Source: Escherichia coli | GTDB lineage: Bacteria > Pseudomonadota > Gammaproteobacteria > Enterobacterales > Enterobacteriaceae | Direction: 5' to 3' (one strand) | Length of the DNA: 64,000 bases | NCBI RefSeq assembly: GCF_003019035.1 | Contig: NZ_CP027447.1 | Notes under the pieces: generated by a model | Seen by the model: only the letters and a program-made list of their open reading frames with translations | Databases searched by the model: none | Told to the model about the DNA's origin: nothing | Shown: one piece after another, positions 52,852-63,853 of the stretch | Layout of the letters: the number at the start of each line of letters is the position of its first letter | Numbering within the stretch: the stretch's first letter is position 1 | Program-made: the position numbers and the translations under genes

Positions 52852-54264
52852 TTACGGTACCGGATTGACCAACAGTTGCCCAATCGAACCACGGTCCGCC
52901 ATTTCCAGCGTCTGACTGTTGAAGTAGAACGGGAAGTGCGCCCAGGAAGGCTGACCGAAATAAACAAGCAGCTCCACTTGTCCGTCAACCCAAACGGTAT
53001 CTTTCCAGCCTCTGTCTTCCGGGAACGGCATCGCGCCATTCACGTTACGGATCTGGAACATCACGCCTTCAATATGGAACGCTTGCGGCTCGTCCGCGCG
53101 TACCGTCCAGCGTTCCCACGTTCCTTGCTGCGCGGTGACATCAATACGGTTGACGTCCCACAGCTGTCCATTAATCCCCGGGTCATCACCCAGACTGATA
53201 TCGCGACTGCGAATCGGCGAACCAGCCATGATTTCAGTTGGCAGCAGGCGCATCGGAAGACTGTCTGTGACCAGCGGCAGAAGGCCGGTTGGGCGCAGCG
53301 TTAGCACCAGGGTAGAAACCAGAATACTGGATGGCTCAAAGAAGCCGCGAATACGATCAACAATGCTCGCCGCTTCACCACAGGTGATCGACACTTCATC
53401 ACCGTTGCTCATATCCACCAGAATCTCGCGGCGCTCGCCCGGTGCCAGCGAAAGTTGCTTCACCGATACAGGAGCGGGCAGGAATCCCTGATCGCCAGAA
53501 ATCACATGTAACGGGCGACCATCGCTCATCTGTAGTTGATAGCGACGAGAGTTCGACGCGTTCAACAGACGCAAGCGCACCCAGCCACGCGAGACTTCAA
53601 CGTACGGGCTTTGTACACCGTTAACCAGCAGCGTATCGCCAACAAAGCCGCCGCTTCCCGGTTCGTTATATTCCGGCGTACCAAAGTTATCCAGCCGTTT
53701 ATCCTGAATAATGACCGGAAAATCATCCACACCATAATGGTTGGGGATAGGCAGCGATTTGCTGACTTCATCTTCCACCAGCCACATTCCGGCAAGGCCG
53801 TTATAGACCTGCTGAGCCGTGCGGTTGGGAGTATTGGCGTGATACCACAGAGTAGCTGCGTTCTGGCGAATGGGCAGTACGGGTGCCCAGTCAGCGTTTG
53901 GCGACATCATCCGTGCCGGACCGCCCATCAGCGGGCCTGGTACCTGTAGCCCGGCCACCGTCATTGAGACATTTTCTGTCAGGCGGTTGCTGTAAATAAG
54001 CTTAACATCGTCGCCCTTCCAGACGCGGATAGTCGGCCCCAGGTAACGACCATTGATTCCCCAAACCGACGCGCGTGTCCCTGGCGTAAATGACCAGTGC
54101 GCACGTTGTACAGTCATAAACAGCGGTTGCCCACGGCGAGATTCAAGCAGCGGCGGAACGGGTAGCGGTTGCTGTTGCCCGGCTGCGCTGGCCTTCAGGG
54201 GAACAGCGCCTGCACAAAGTGCAATCCCCGATGCCTGAATGAACTGACGCCGACTGAGTGACAT
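52852..54264 (-). CDS. ftsP: cell division protein FtsP (SufI), multicopper-oxidase fold
   Basis: 470-aa ORF with Tat signal MSLSRRQFIQASG. Confidence 0.9.
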   Translation of the reverse strand: MSLSRRQFIQASGIALCAGAVPLKASAAGQQQPLPVPPLLESRRGQPLFMTVQRAHWSFTPGTRASVWGINGRYLGPTIRVWKGDDVKLIYSNRLTENVSMTVAGLQVPGPLMGGPARMMSPNADWAPVLPIRQNAATLWYHANTPNRTAQQVYNGLAGMWLVEDEVSKSLPIPNHYGVDDFPVIIQDKRLDNFGTPEYNEPGSGGFVGDTLLVNGVQSPYVEVSRGWVRLRLLNASNSRRYQLQMSDGRPLHVISGDQGFLPAPVSVKQLSLAPGERREILVDMSNGDEVSITCGEAASIVDRIRGFFEPSSILVSTLVLTLRPTGLLPLVTDSLPMRLLPTEIMAGSPIRSRDISLGDDPGINGQLWDVNRIDVTAQQGTWERWTVRADEPQAFHIEGVMFQIRNVNGAMPFPEDRGWKDTVWVDGQVELLVYFGQPSWAHFPFYFNSQTLEMADRGSIGQLLVNPVP

Positions 54265-54338
54265 ATTTGCTCCATGTAAAACTGGCTAAAGTAATACCGT
54301 GCAGGAAAGTGTTCCCCGCAAAAATACAGATTGCCGAC

Positions 54339-55076
54339 TTAAACTTTTCCGGCGGCTTCGCGCTCTGCGACTTCTTTATCGAGCTCGGCGATTTTTTGTT
54401 CCATTATCGAACGACAATGGGCAGCCAGCTCACGAACCTGATCTTTGCCATACTGACTGACGTCAATTGGCGGCAGCATTTCGACAATCACCAGACCGTT
54501 GTGCAGTCGATTAAGATTAATCTTATTCGAAGTTGTAGAGACGCACACGGGAATAATCGGGACGCCCGCCGCAATTGCCGCGTGAAATGCCCCGGTCTTG
54601 AACGGCAGCAGGCCGCGACCACGGCTGCGGGTTCCTTCCGGGAACATCCAGATGGAAATACGGCGTTTTTTGAAGTGATTCACGACTTCCGCAATAGTGC
54701 CGTGAGCTTTAGTGCGATTGTTTCTGTCGATCAATAAGTTGCCGGTTAACCAGTACAACTGCCCGAAGAAGGGGATCCACAGCAAGCTCTTTTTACCTAC
54801 CGTCACCGTCGGCGGTTGCACAATGTTCGATGCTGTGACCATGTCATAGTTGTTCTGGTGGTTAGCGATATAGATAGCATTGCCGTAGCTTTCAGCATCC
54901 GCAGGTTTGCGGCACTCAACTTTCAGGCCGAACAGCGGTGCAAGACGACCAAACATATGCCCAAAGGTGGCCACATGTTTCGGGTTACGCGGGCTGAAAA
55001 GGCAGTAAATGGAGCCGAATACACAGACTAAGATGCTGTAAATCACGGTAATAATAAGACGAAAGATATATAGCAT
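54339..55076 (-). CDS. plsC: 1-acyl-sn-glycerol-3-phosphate acyltransferase
   Basis: 245-aa ORF; acyltransferase HxxxxD motif (NHQNNYD). Confidence 0.9.
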   Translation of the reverse strand: MLYIFRLIITVIYSILVCVFGSIYCLFSPRNPKHVATFGHMFGRLAPLFGLKVECRKPADAESYGNAIYIANHQNNYDMVTASNIVQPPTVTVGKKSLLWIPFFGQLYWLTGNLLIDRNNRTKAHGTIAEVVNHFKKRRISIWMFPEGTRSRGRGLLPFKTGAFHAAIAAGVPIIPVCVSTTSNKINLNRLHNGLVIVEMLPPIDVSQYGKDQVRELAAHCRSIMEQKIAELDKEVAEREAAGKV

Positions 55077-55238
55077 AACACCCTCTGAAGGTCTGAGAGA
55101 CTGGCATTGTACGTCACCTGAAATCAGGTTAGGGCATTGTTAAAAGCCGCTCTCTGGAAAAGCGTATTGTTAATCGCAACGCATGAATAAACAACGGTTT
55201 CAAGGGAATTTTTATCGTTTCCGGGGGTAGAATACGCT

Positions 55239-55268
55239 GCCGGATGACGACTTAACGTTTCATCCGGC
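55239..55268. repeat. REP-like palindromic element between parC and plsC
   Basis: gccggatgacgacttaacgtttcatccggc. Confidence 0.55.
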
Positions 55269-55309
55269 GTTCCTTGCAAGCGGGAGGAAACAGCGCCCTC
55301 CCCGGCATA

Positions 55310-57568
55310 TTACTCTTCGCTATCACCGCTGCTGGCACGGCGAGGAGAGTCGATCTCAACACGATCGATACGCTGCAAACCGCGCATCAACGTACCGCGG
55401 CGTCCACGTTCGCCAGTGACTTTCTGTAGCTCTTCCGGACGCAGTTTAATTTTGCGTTTCCCAACATGAATGGTCAGCGTGCTTTGCGGCGGCAGAACGT
55501 ACAGTTGCGCCAGACCATCTTCTCCACGCGCGGCTTCTGCCGATGGAATGTTGATAATCTTGTTGCCTTTGCCCTTCGACAGCTGCGGCAGATCGCTTAC
55601 CGGGAACATCAACATACGGCCTGCCTGAGTGATTGCCAGCAGCATATCGGAAGCATCTTCAATCACCACCGGCGGCATAACATGGGCATTTTCCGGTAAG
55701 GTGATCAAAGCCTTACCTGCACGGTTACGCGCCACCAGATCGTTAAAGGTGCAGACGAAACCGTAACCCGCATCGGAAGCCATCAGCAGTTTCTGATCGT
55801 CGCTTTCCATCAGCATATGGTCAACGGTCGCTCCAGGCGGCAACGTTAATTTGCCGGTGAGCGGTTCGCCCTGACCACGCGCCGACGGCAGCGTAATCGG
55901 GTCGATGGCATAGCTACGACCGGTGGAATCAACAAACACTACCGGTTGGTTGCTCTTACCTTTCACCGCCGCTTTGAAGCTATCGCCCGCTTTATAATTC
56001 AGGCCCGGCGCGTCGATATCATGGCCTTTAGCGCTGCGTACCCAGCCCATCTGCGACAGCACAATGGTGACAGGTTCAGACGGCAGCATGTCGTGCTCGC
56101 TCATCGCTTTCGCTTCTTCGCGTTCCTGCAACGGCGAACGACGTTCGTCACCGTAGGCTTGCGCGTCTGCCTGCAGTTCTTTCTTCAGCAGGTTATTCAT
56201 TTTACGCTCGGAAGCCAAAATGCCCTGCAACTGGTCGCGCTCTTTTTCCAGCTCACTCTGCTCACCGCGAATCTTCATCTCTTCCAGTTTGGCAAGATGA
56301 CGCAGTTTCAGTTCGAGGATCGCTTCCGCCTGGGTTTCCGTAAGGCCAAACCGCGACATCAGCGCCGGTTTCGGTTCATCTTCATTACGAATGATCTCAA
56401 TCACTTCGTCGATATTGAGAAACGCCACCAGCAAACCTTCGAGGATATGCAGGCGCTTGAGGACTTTCTCCAGACGATAGTTCAGTCGGCGGCGCACGGT
56501 ATCGCGGCGGAACACCAGCCATTCGGAGAGGATTTCCAGCAGGTTTTTCACCGCCGGACGACCATCCAGACCGATCATATTGAGGTTAATGCGATAGCTC
56601 TTTTCCAGATCGGTGGTAGCGAAGAGGTGGTTCATCACCTGATCCATATCCACGCGGTTGGAACGCGGCACAATCACCAGACGGGTCGGGTTCTCGTGGT
56701 CAGATTCATCGCGCAGATCGTCAACCATCGGCAGCTTTTTGTTGCGCATTTGCGCAGCAATTTGCTCCAGTACGCGCGCACCTGAAACCTGATGCGGCAA
56801 TGCGCTGATAACCACCGCGCCATCTTCTTTCTTCCAAACCGCGCGCATACGCACTGAACCACGTCCGTTCTCGTAGATTTTACGAATCTCGGCGCGCGAA
56901 GTGATAATTTCCGCTTCAGTCGGATAATCCGGCCCCTGCACGATATCCAGCAGCTGATCGAGCGTGGTTTTCGGCTGGTCGATTAATGCGATTGCCGCCT
57001 GAGCCACTTCACGCAGGTTATGCGGTGGAATATCGGTCGCCATGCCGACGGCAATACCGGTGGTGCCGTTAAGCAAAATGTTTGGCAGACGGGCAGGCAG
57101 CATTTTCGGCTCCTGCAAAGTGCCGTCGAAGTTTGGCACCCAGTCAGCCGTCCCCTGCCCCAGCTCGCTCAATAGCAGCTCGGAATATTTCGACAACCGG
57201 GATTCGGTGTAACGCATTGCCGCGAACGATTTCGGATCGTCCGGCGCACCCCAGTTCCCCTGACCATCAACCAGCGGATAACGGTAAGAGAACGGCTGCG
57301 CCATCAGGACCATCGCTTCATAACAGGCACTATCGCCGTGCGGATGGTATTTACCCAGTACGTCACCGACGGTACGGGCCGATTTTTTAAATTTGGCGCT
57401 GGCATTCAGGCCCAGCTCAGACATCGCATACACAATGCGGCGCTGAACAGGTTTCAGACCATCACCAATAAACGGCAACGCACGGTCCATGATCACGTAC
57501 ATGGAGTAGTTTAAGTAGGCGTTTTCCGTAAATTCATGTAGCGCAAGGCGCTCTGCCATATCGCTCAT
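55310..57568 (-). CDS. parC: DNA topoisomerase IV subunit A
   Basis: 752-aa ORF; GyrA/ParC family with active-site region AMRYTE. Confidence 0.95.
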
Positions 57569-57705
57569 TAATTCTGATTCCTCAACTTATTCGCCAGCCT
57601 TCAAAGGGGCAATATTGCCGGAGATACTACATTATCTGCCGCGTCGAGTCACAGGAGATCAGCGTGAATAGCGCCGCCAGACGTGCTCCGACGGCGATAA
57701 AGGCA

Positions 57706-59313
57706 TCAATGTGCCTTGATATACAACTCTTTGCTGTAGACATAATCCTGGGGATTATGCAGCGGAAAACCGCCAACGTAGGGTTTAAGCAGTTTGATTA
57801 ACGGCTGATAGTAGATAGGAATCAGCGGTGCCTGCTGGTTGATGATCACTTCTGCCTGCTGATACAACGCATTACGCTTTGTTGCATCAGCCGTTTGTGC
57901 CGCCTGGTTTAGTAAGGCGTCATACTGCGCGTTTTTCCAGTGGCCGACATTTTCCTCGCTATCGCTCTTAAGCGTGTTCAGAAAGGTGGAGGCATCATTG
58001 TACGTCGCATCCCACGACTGCCGAGACAACATGAAATCACCGGCTCGTCGGGCATCAAGATAAGTTTTCCACTCCATTGTGCGCAGCGTCACCTGTGCAC
58101 CCAGCCATTTTTTCCATTCGGAAGACAACGCTATCGCGGTCTTTTCATGCAGATCGTACTTGTTGTAGAACAGCTCAAAGCGTAGCGGATGAGAGGCGTC
58201 GTATCCCGCCTGTTTCAGCAAGACTTTTGCCATCGCGACGCGCTCACTCATTGGCTTTTGCAGTTCATCGAACGTCGTCGCGCTAAAGCCTTTTACCTCT
58301 GGCGGCGTCAGCGTGGTTGCGGGCGTTCTCAACCCCAGTACCTTTTGCGCAATAAGCTGTCGATCAACCGTAAGATATAGCGCCCGACGCACCCGCACAT
58401 CGTTAAATGGCGGTTTCTCAAGGTTAAAGTTGTAATATTCGCTGTTCAGACGCGGGATAATTCGTAGCTCGCCAGGCAGTGATTTTTCAATGGCGGGAAT
58501 TTGCTGCGCCGGAACCCAGGTGAGATCGACCTCTCCCGCGCGATAGCGGTTATAGCCGGTGACCGAATTATCCAGCGCCAGATACTCAACCTGTTGCAAT
58601 ACTGTATGTTGCGCATCGCGGTACTTTGGATTTTTGCGTGCAGTAATCTTTTCGTTAACTACCCACTGATCAAGCACAAAGGCACCGTTGTAAACCATGT
58701 TCCCTGGCTTACTCCAGCTATCGCCATGTTTAGCGATGACATGATGAGGAACCGGGAACAGCGTCGGCCAGGCGAGCATCGTCGTGAACCAAGGAACCGG
58801 CTGCTCAAGCGTAACTTCAAGAGTACGATCATCCATCGCTTTGACACCCAGCGATGTAACATCTGCTTTACCCGCAACAATAGCCGCGGCATTGTTAATG
58901 TGCGCCTGTGCCAGATAGCCAGCAAAAGGGCTTGCCGTTTTCGGGTCAACCGCACGTTGCCAGCCGAGGACAAAATCCTCTGCCGTCAGAGGCTGACCGT
59001 CTGACCACTGCAAACCGCTACGCAGATGGAAAATATAGCGCTTGCCGCCGTCCAGTATCTCCCAGCGTTCAGCCTGAGCGGGCTGCACCTGGCCTTCACC
59101 GTCCATCCATACCAGACCTTCAAACAGATCCAGCACAATCTGCGCGGCAGTATTCTCCTCTACCTTTTGCGGGTCGAGCGTGCCTGGGTCGCTATGATTG
59201 TTGTAACGAAAGACTTGTTGCGGGGCGAGCGGTGTGTTGGCGGGAACGTCAGCAGCGTAGAGAGGAGCCGCACTTACCAGGCTGACCAGCCATAATAAAT
59301 TTCGCGTATACAT
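57706..59313 (-). CDS. ygiS: periplasmic solute-binding protein of an oligopeptide-type ABC system
   Basis: 556-aa ORF trimmed to MYTRNLLWLVSL start (535 aa); SBP family 5. Confidence 0.85.
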   Translation of the reverse strand: MYTRNLLWLVSLVSAAPLYAADVPANTPLAPQQVFRYNNHSDPGTLDPQKVEENTAAQIVLDLFEGLVWMDGEGQVQPAQAERWEILDGGKRYIFHLRSGLQWSDGQPLTAEDFVLGWQRAVDPKTASPFAGYLAQAHINNAAAIVAGKADVTSLGVKAMDDRTLEVTLEQPVPWFTTMLAWPTLFPVPHHVIAKHGDSWSKPGNMVYNGAFVLDQWVVNEKITARKNPKYRDAQHTVLQQVEYLALDNSVTGYNRYRAGEVDLTWVPAQQIPAIEKSLPGELRIIPRLNSEYYNFNLEKPPFNDVRVRRALYLTVDRQLIAQKVLGLRTPATTLTPPEVKGFSATTFDELQKPMSERVAMAKVLLKQAGYDASHPLRFELFYNKYDLHEKTAIALSSEWKKWLGAQVTLRTMEWKTYLDARRAGDFMLSRQSWDATYNDASTFLNTLKSDSEENVGHWKNAQYDALLNQAAQTADATKRNALYQQAEVIINQQAPLIPIYYQPLIKLLKPYVGGFPLHNPQDYVYSKELYIKAH

Positions 59314-59421
59314 GGTATTCCTTACCGGAGAAATTATAAGCCCAACAACAATACGCCTGTGGCATTGTTCGCTCAAACTTATCGCGAGTGATTTGGCTCA
59401 CACTCCGGTAAAGATTCCCCA

Positions 59422-59904
59422 TCACGCTAACGGTACATAAACATCCGTTTCCAGTCGCTGCTCTGTCATCCCTTCGGCAAGATTGGTGTAGTGAAACAGG
59501 ATCGGGGCTTTGCGCATTTTTTCGCCGCTTGCTGGAAGCCAGTGGCGAATGATGCCCCATATCGTGTGTGAAATATCGTCCAGCTCGCCAACATGGCGGG
59601 CCACAGCATAACGTCCACCGGTAAGTTCACCATTACTTACGCCATAACGATTATCGGGGATCGGTTCGCTAACGCTGCCGCAGATATCAAAGCGAAACGC
59701 TTCTGGTGCGGTGGTGGCAGGGTCGTCCCAGGCGACGCCAAAAGTCTGGCTTTGGTTAACAGGAGAAAGCCCCGTCTCTTTACGCCACATGATAAATTTC
59801 GCCACGCTGTAGTTGAGCAACTCAGGGCTACAGCGGTGCGGCAACATCGCCACAGGGATTGATGGGAAATCGATAATATTTACATCCAGTGTCAGGTTTG
59901 TCAT
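59422..59904 (-). CDS. ygiV: GyrI-like small-molecule-binding domain protein
   Basis: 160-aa ORF. Confidence 0.8.
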   Translation of the reverse strand: MTNLTLDVNIIDFPSIPVAMLPHRCSPELLNYSVAKFIMWRKETGLSPVNQSQTFGVAWDDPATTAPEAFRFDICGSVSEPIPDNRYGVSNGELTGGRYAVARHVGELDDISHTIWGIIRHWLPASGEKMRKAPILFHYTNLAEGMTEQRLETDVYVPLA

Positions 59905-59956
59905 TTTGCCTCCCTGCGAAATTATTCCCGGGAACGCGTCCCGGGAGCGGTAACAA

Positions 59957-60349
59957 TTACGGATTTACTTTGCGGATCTGTTTGACGTCAATTTCAACAG
60001 AGTTCCAGTCTTTATCGACTTCACCCTGAATCTCAACCGTATCTTTCGGCGTCACCGTCACGCCGTTCCAGCGTTTGTGGTCGATATCAACATTGATAGT
60101 ACCGCTGGCATCTTTGAACACGTAGAGATCGTCAGAGATGCGTTCAACGATATTGCCGCGTAGGGTTACCCAGGTGTCGTCACGCAGGGATTTTGCGCTT
60201 TCTACGGTCGTTACGCTGCCGTTCGGCCCCTGGAATCCTCCGGCCTGACTTTGCGTTGCCGATGGGCCAGAAAAACCTCCCTGCTCTGCTGCCATAACCG
60301 GTGCACTGCACAGGGCCATTACTGCGATTACTGCTGCGAATTTTTTCAT
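59957..60349 (-). CDS. ygiW: BOF/OB-fold periplasmic stress protein (VisP)
   Basis: Start set at MKKFAAVIAVMALCSAPVMA (130 aa); signal peptide. Confidence 0.85.
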   Translation of the reverse strand: MKKFAAVIAVMALCSAPVMAAEQGGFSGPSATQSQAGGFQGPNGSVTTVESAKSLRDDTWVTLRGNIVERISDDLYVFKDASGTINVDIDHKRWNGVTVTPKDTVEIQGEVDKDWNSVEIDVKQIRKVNP

Positions 60350-60500
60350 GTTTATTACTCCCTTTAATGTCTGTTTCCGAGCATTTAACAAGATAGTCCT
60401 TAACAACTTCTTAAGGGAAAAAAATAAAATTTAATGCTGTACAGAGCGCGTTACAACACGGTTTACTGGCAGCAAATACGGTTATCGCAGGGATGAAAAA

Positions 60501-61160
60501 ATGCGAATTTTACTGATAGAAGATGACATGCTGATTGGCGACGGCATCAAAACGGGCCTTAGTAAAATGGGTTTTAGCGTCGACTGGTTTACACAAGGTC
60601 GTCAGGGAAAAGAGGCGCTATATAGCGCGCCTTATGATGCGGTGATCCTGGATTTAACCTTACCGGGCATGGATGGTCGCGATATTTTGCGCGAATGGCG
60701 AGAAAAAGGTCAGCGTGAGCCGGTTTTGATCCTGACCGCGCGCGATGCGCTGGCGGAACGTGTAGAAGGGCTGCGTCTGGGAGCTGACGATTATCTGTGT
60801 AAACCTTTTGCGTTGATAGAAGTCGCCGCCAGGCTGGAAGCTCTGATGCGCCGAACCAACGGCCAGGCCAGCAACGAGCTGCGCCACGGCAACGTCATGC
60901 TCGACCCCGGCAAACGTATCGCCACGCTGGCTGGCGAACCCTTAACGCTGAAGCCAAAAGAATTTGCCCTGCTGGAATTACTGATGCGTAACGCTGGTCG
61001 GGTACTGCCGCGCAAACTGATTGAAGAGAAACTGTATACCTGGGACGAAGAGGTCACCAGTAATGCCGTTGAAGTGCATGTGCATCATCTGCGACGCAAA
61101 CTCGGCAGTGATTTTATTCGTACCGTTCATGGTATTGGCTACACATTAGGTGAGAAATGA
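60501..61160 (+). CDS. qseB: OmpR-family response regulator
   Basis: 219-aa ORF; receiver domain plus winged-helix; 4-nt overlap with qseC. Confidence 0.9.
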   Translation: MRILLIEDDMLIGDGIKTGLSKMGFSVDWFTQGRQGKEALYSAPYDAVILDLTLPGMDGRDILREWREKGQREPVLILTARDALAERVEGLRLGADDYLCKPFALIEVAARLEALMRRTNGQASNELRHGNVMLDPGKRIATLAGEPLTLKPKEFALLELLMRNAGRVLPRKLIEEKLYTWDEEVTSNAVEVHVHHLRRKLGSDFIRTVHGIGYTLGEK

Positions 61161-62506
61161 AATTTACCCAACGTCTTAGTCTGCGAGTCAGGCTGACGCT
61201 AATCTTTTTAATTCTGGCCTCAGTGACCTGGCTGCTTTCCAGCTTTGTCGCCTGGAAACAAACAACGGATAACGTCGATGAGTTGTTCGACACCCAACTG
61301 ATGCTGTTTGCCAAGCGGTTAAGTACGCTCGATCTCAACGAAATCAACGCGGCAGATCGCATGGCACAGACGCCAAATAAATTAAAACACGGTCATGTTG
61401 ATGACGATGCGCTGACCTTTGCCATCTTTACCCACGACGGCAGAATGGTCCTTAACGATGGCGATAACGGAGAAGATATTCCCTATAGCTATCAACGGGA
61501 AGGTTTTGCTGACGGGCAACTGGTCGGTGAAGACGATCCCTGGCGTTTTGTCTGGATGACCTCACCTGATGGCAAATATCGCATCGTTGTTGGTCAGGAA
61601 TGGGAATACCGTGAAGACATGGCGCTGGCGATTGTTGCCGGGCAATTGATCCCGTGGCTTGTCGCACTGCCGATTATGTTAATCATCATGATGGTACTAC
61701 TGGGTCGTGAACTCGCGCCGCTGAACAAACTGGCGCTGGCACTACGTATGCGTGACCCTGACTCGGAAAAACCACTAAACGCGACGGGCGTACCCAGCGA
61801 AGTGCGTCCACTGGTTGAGTCGTTGAATCAACTGTTCGCCCGCACACATGCGATGATGGTTCGTGAACGACGCTTTACCTCCGACGCAGCTCACGAACTT
61901 CGTAGCCCGTTAACGGCGCTGAAAGTGCAAACCGAAGTTGCGCAGCTCTCTGACGATGATCCGCAGGCGCGGAAAAAAGCGCTGCTTCAATTACATTCCG
62001 GAATCGATCGTGCTACTCGTCTGGTTGATCAACTGCTCACGCTATCGCGGCTGGACTCACTGGATAACCTTCAGGACGTCGCGGAGATCCCGCTTGAAGA
62101 TCTCCTGCAATCGTCGGTGATGGATATTTACCACACGGCGCAGCAGGCGAAAATTGACGTGCGACTGACACTCAATGCCCACGGCATCAAACGCACCGGA
62201 CAACCGCTATTGCTAAGTTTGTTGGTGCGAAATTTGCTGGATAACGCCGTGCGCTACAGTCCACAGGGCAGCGTGGTGGACGTCACGCTGAATGCCGATA
62301 ATTTCATCGTGAGGGATAACGGCCCCGGTGTGACACCAGAGGCACTGGCGAGAATTGGCGAACGCTTCTATCGCCCACCCGGACAAACCGCTACCGGCAG
62401 TGGACTTGGGCTATCGATTGTCCAGCGAATCGCCAAATTGCATGGCATGAATGTTGAGTTTGGGAATGCGGAACAAGGTGGATTTGAGGCGAAGGTAAGC
62501 TGGTAA
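61157..62506 (+). CDS. qseC: sensor histidine kinase
   Basis: 449-aa ORF; two TM helices, H-box AAHELRSPL, ATPase domain. Confidence 0.9.
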   Translation: MKFTQRLSLRVRLTLIFLILASVTWLLSSFVAWKQTTDNVDELFDTQLMLFAKRLSTLDLNEINAADRMAQTPNKLKHGHVDDDALTFAIFTHDGRMVLNDGDNGEDIPYSYQREGFADGQLVGEDDPWRFVWMTSPDGKYRIVVGQEWEYREDMALAIVAGQLIPWLVALPIMLIIMMVLLGRELAPLNKLALALRMRDPDSEKPLNATGVPSEVRPLVESLNQLFARTHAMMVRERRFTSDAAHELRSPLTALKVQTEVAQLSDDDPQARKKALLQLHSGIDRATRLVDQLLTLSRLDSLDNLQDVAEIPLEDLLQSSVMDIYHTAQQAKIDVRLTLNAHGIKRTGQPLLLSLLVRNLLDNAVRYSPQGSVVDVTLNADNFIVRDNGPGVTPEALARIGERFYRPPGQTATGSGLGLSIVQRIAKLHGMNVEFGNAEQGGFEAKVSW

Positions 62507-62513
62507 CTTCTCT

Positions 62514-62550
62514 GTCTATGAGAGCCGTTAAAACGACTCTCATAGACTTT
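62514..62550 (+). terminator. rho-independent terminator downstream of qseC
   Basis: gtctatgagag / ctctcatagac 11-bp perfect stem followed by ttt. Confidence 0.6.
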
Positions 62551-62551
62551 A

Positions 62552-62884
62552 CTAATAGCAAAATATAAACCGTCCCCCAAAAAGCCACCAACCACAACCC
62601 AGACAAATAACGAGCGAGAATACATATAGCCAAAACTCGAACATTTCCCGCATAAAGAGTTTTCTTAAGATAAGAATAATAAGTGGCGTCAGAAGAAAAA
62701 ATGCTGCAATCATTGCTTGCAATATACGATCTTCGCCTGAAACGGAAGGTATACTGCAAATATTGTCTCCCGACTCAAGCATCCAGTCATACTTATTGAA
62801 AGCAAAAAAAGCATCTATTAACCAATAAGTAAGCATTATGTATAACAGAGCTTCAAATATTGTTTGAATTTTATGCTTTAACAT
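62552..62884 (-). CDS. ygiZ: small inner membrane protein
   Basis: 110-aa hydrophobic ORF. Confidence 0.8.
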   Translation of the reverse strand: MLKHKIQTIFEALLYIMLTYWLIDAFFAFNKYDWMLESGDNICSIPSVSGEDRILQAMIAAFFLLTPLIILILRKLFMREMFEFWLYVFSLVICLGCGWWLFGGRFIFCY

Positions 62885-63241
62885 ATGTTAGCACTCTCTA
62901 AAAAAGTCCAGTCGGAGATCTGGTTTTCGATACCCTCCAGTAAATCTATTTAAAATAATCTGCGTAACACGCTGATATTTTCATTTTTAGTTATTCAACA
63001 CCACAATTATCAACTCGCAGAAAGTCCACACCAACGTTGTAAATTAACCCTGTGCTAGTTGGAATGATGAGAAATTGCTATCAGTATTGTCATTTTCAGA
63101 AAATATTTATCCCGCATCGGTGAATCAGAGCAAGATCAGACTTTTGCTAAATTCGCAAAAGACTTTGCACATTTTGCTAATTTCACCGTACCGCTCTGTG
63201 ACGTACTATAGTCGGTAAACGTCTCACCTTGAGGTTAAAAA

Positions 63242-63823
63242 ATGAGCAACATCCTGATTATCAACGGCGCGAAAAAATTCGCCCACTCCAATGGTCAACT
63301 GAACGACACCCTGACCGAAGTCGCGGATGGCACACTGCGCGACCTCGGGCATGATGTCCGCATCGTTCGCGCCGACAGCGACTACGATGTCAAAGCGGAA
63401 GTACAAAACTTTCTCTGGGCTGATGTGGTGATCTGGCAGATGCCAGGCTGGTGGATGGGCGCGCCGTGGACAGTGAAAAAATACATTGATGATGTATTCA
63501 CCGAAGGTCACGGGACGCTGTATGCCAGCGATGGTCGTACCCGCAAAGATCCGTCGAAAAAATACGGCTCCGGCGGCCTGGTACAGGGCAAAAAATATAT
63601 GCTTTCTCTGACCTGGAACGCACCAATGGAAGCCTTCACCGAAAAAGATCAGTTCTTCCACGGCGTTGGTGTTGACGGTGTGTACCTGCCGTTCCATAAA
63701 GCAAACCAATTCCTTGGCATGGAACCGCTGCCGACATTTATCGCTAATGACGTGATAAAAATGCCTGATGTTCCCCGCTATACTGAAGAATATCGCAAGC
63801 ATCTTGTGGAAATTTTTGGTTAA
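63242..63823 (+). CDS. mdaB: NADPH:quinone oxidoreductase
   Basis: 193-aa ORF MSNILIINGAKKFAHSNGQLN. Confidence 0.95.
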   Translation: MSNILIINGAKKFAHSNGQLNDTLTEVADGTLRDLGHDVRIVRADSDYDVKAEVQNFLWADVVIWQMPGWWMGAPWTVKKYIDDVFTEGHGTLYASDGRTRKDPSKKYGSGGLVQGKKYMLSLTWNAPMEAFTEKDQFFHGVGVDGVYLPFHKANQFLGMEPLPTFIANDVIKMPDVPRYTEEYRKHLVEIFG

Positions 63824-63853
63824 CTAGAGCTCTGGCTTTAGAAGGAGTTAACC

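Noticed and set aside
63224-63802. 192-aa minus-strand ORF overlapping mdaB
   Set aside because: Fully antisense to the unmistakable mdaB coding sequence; no RBS or domain support.
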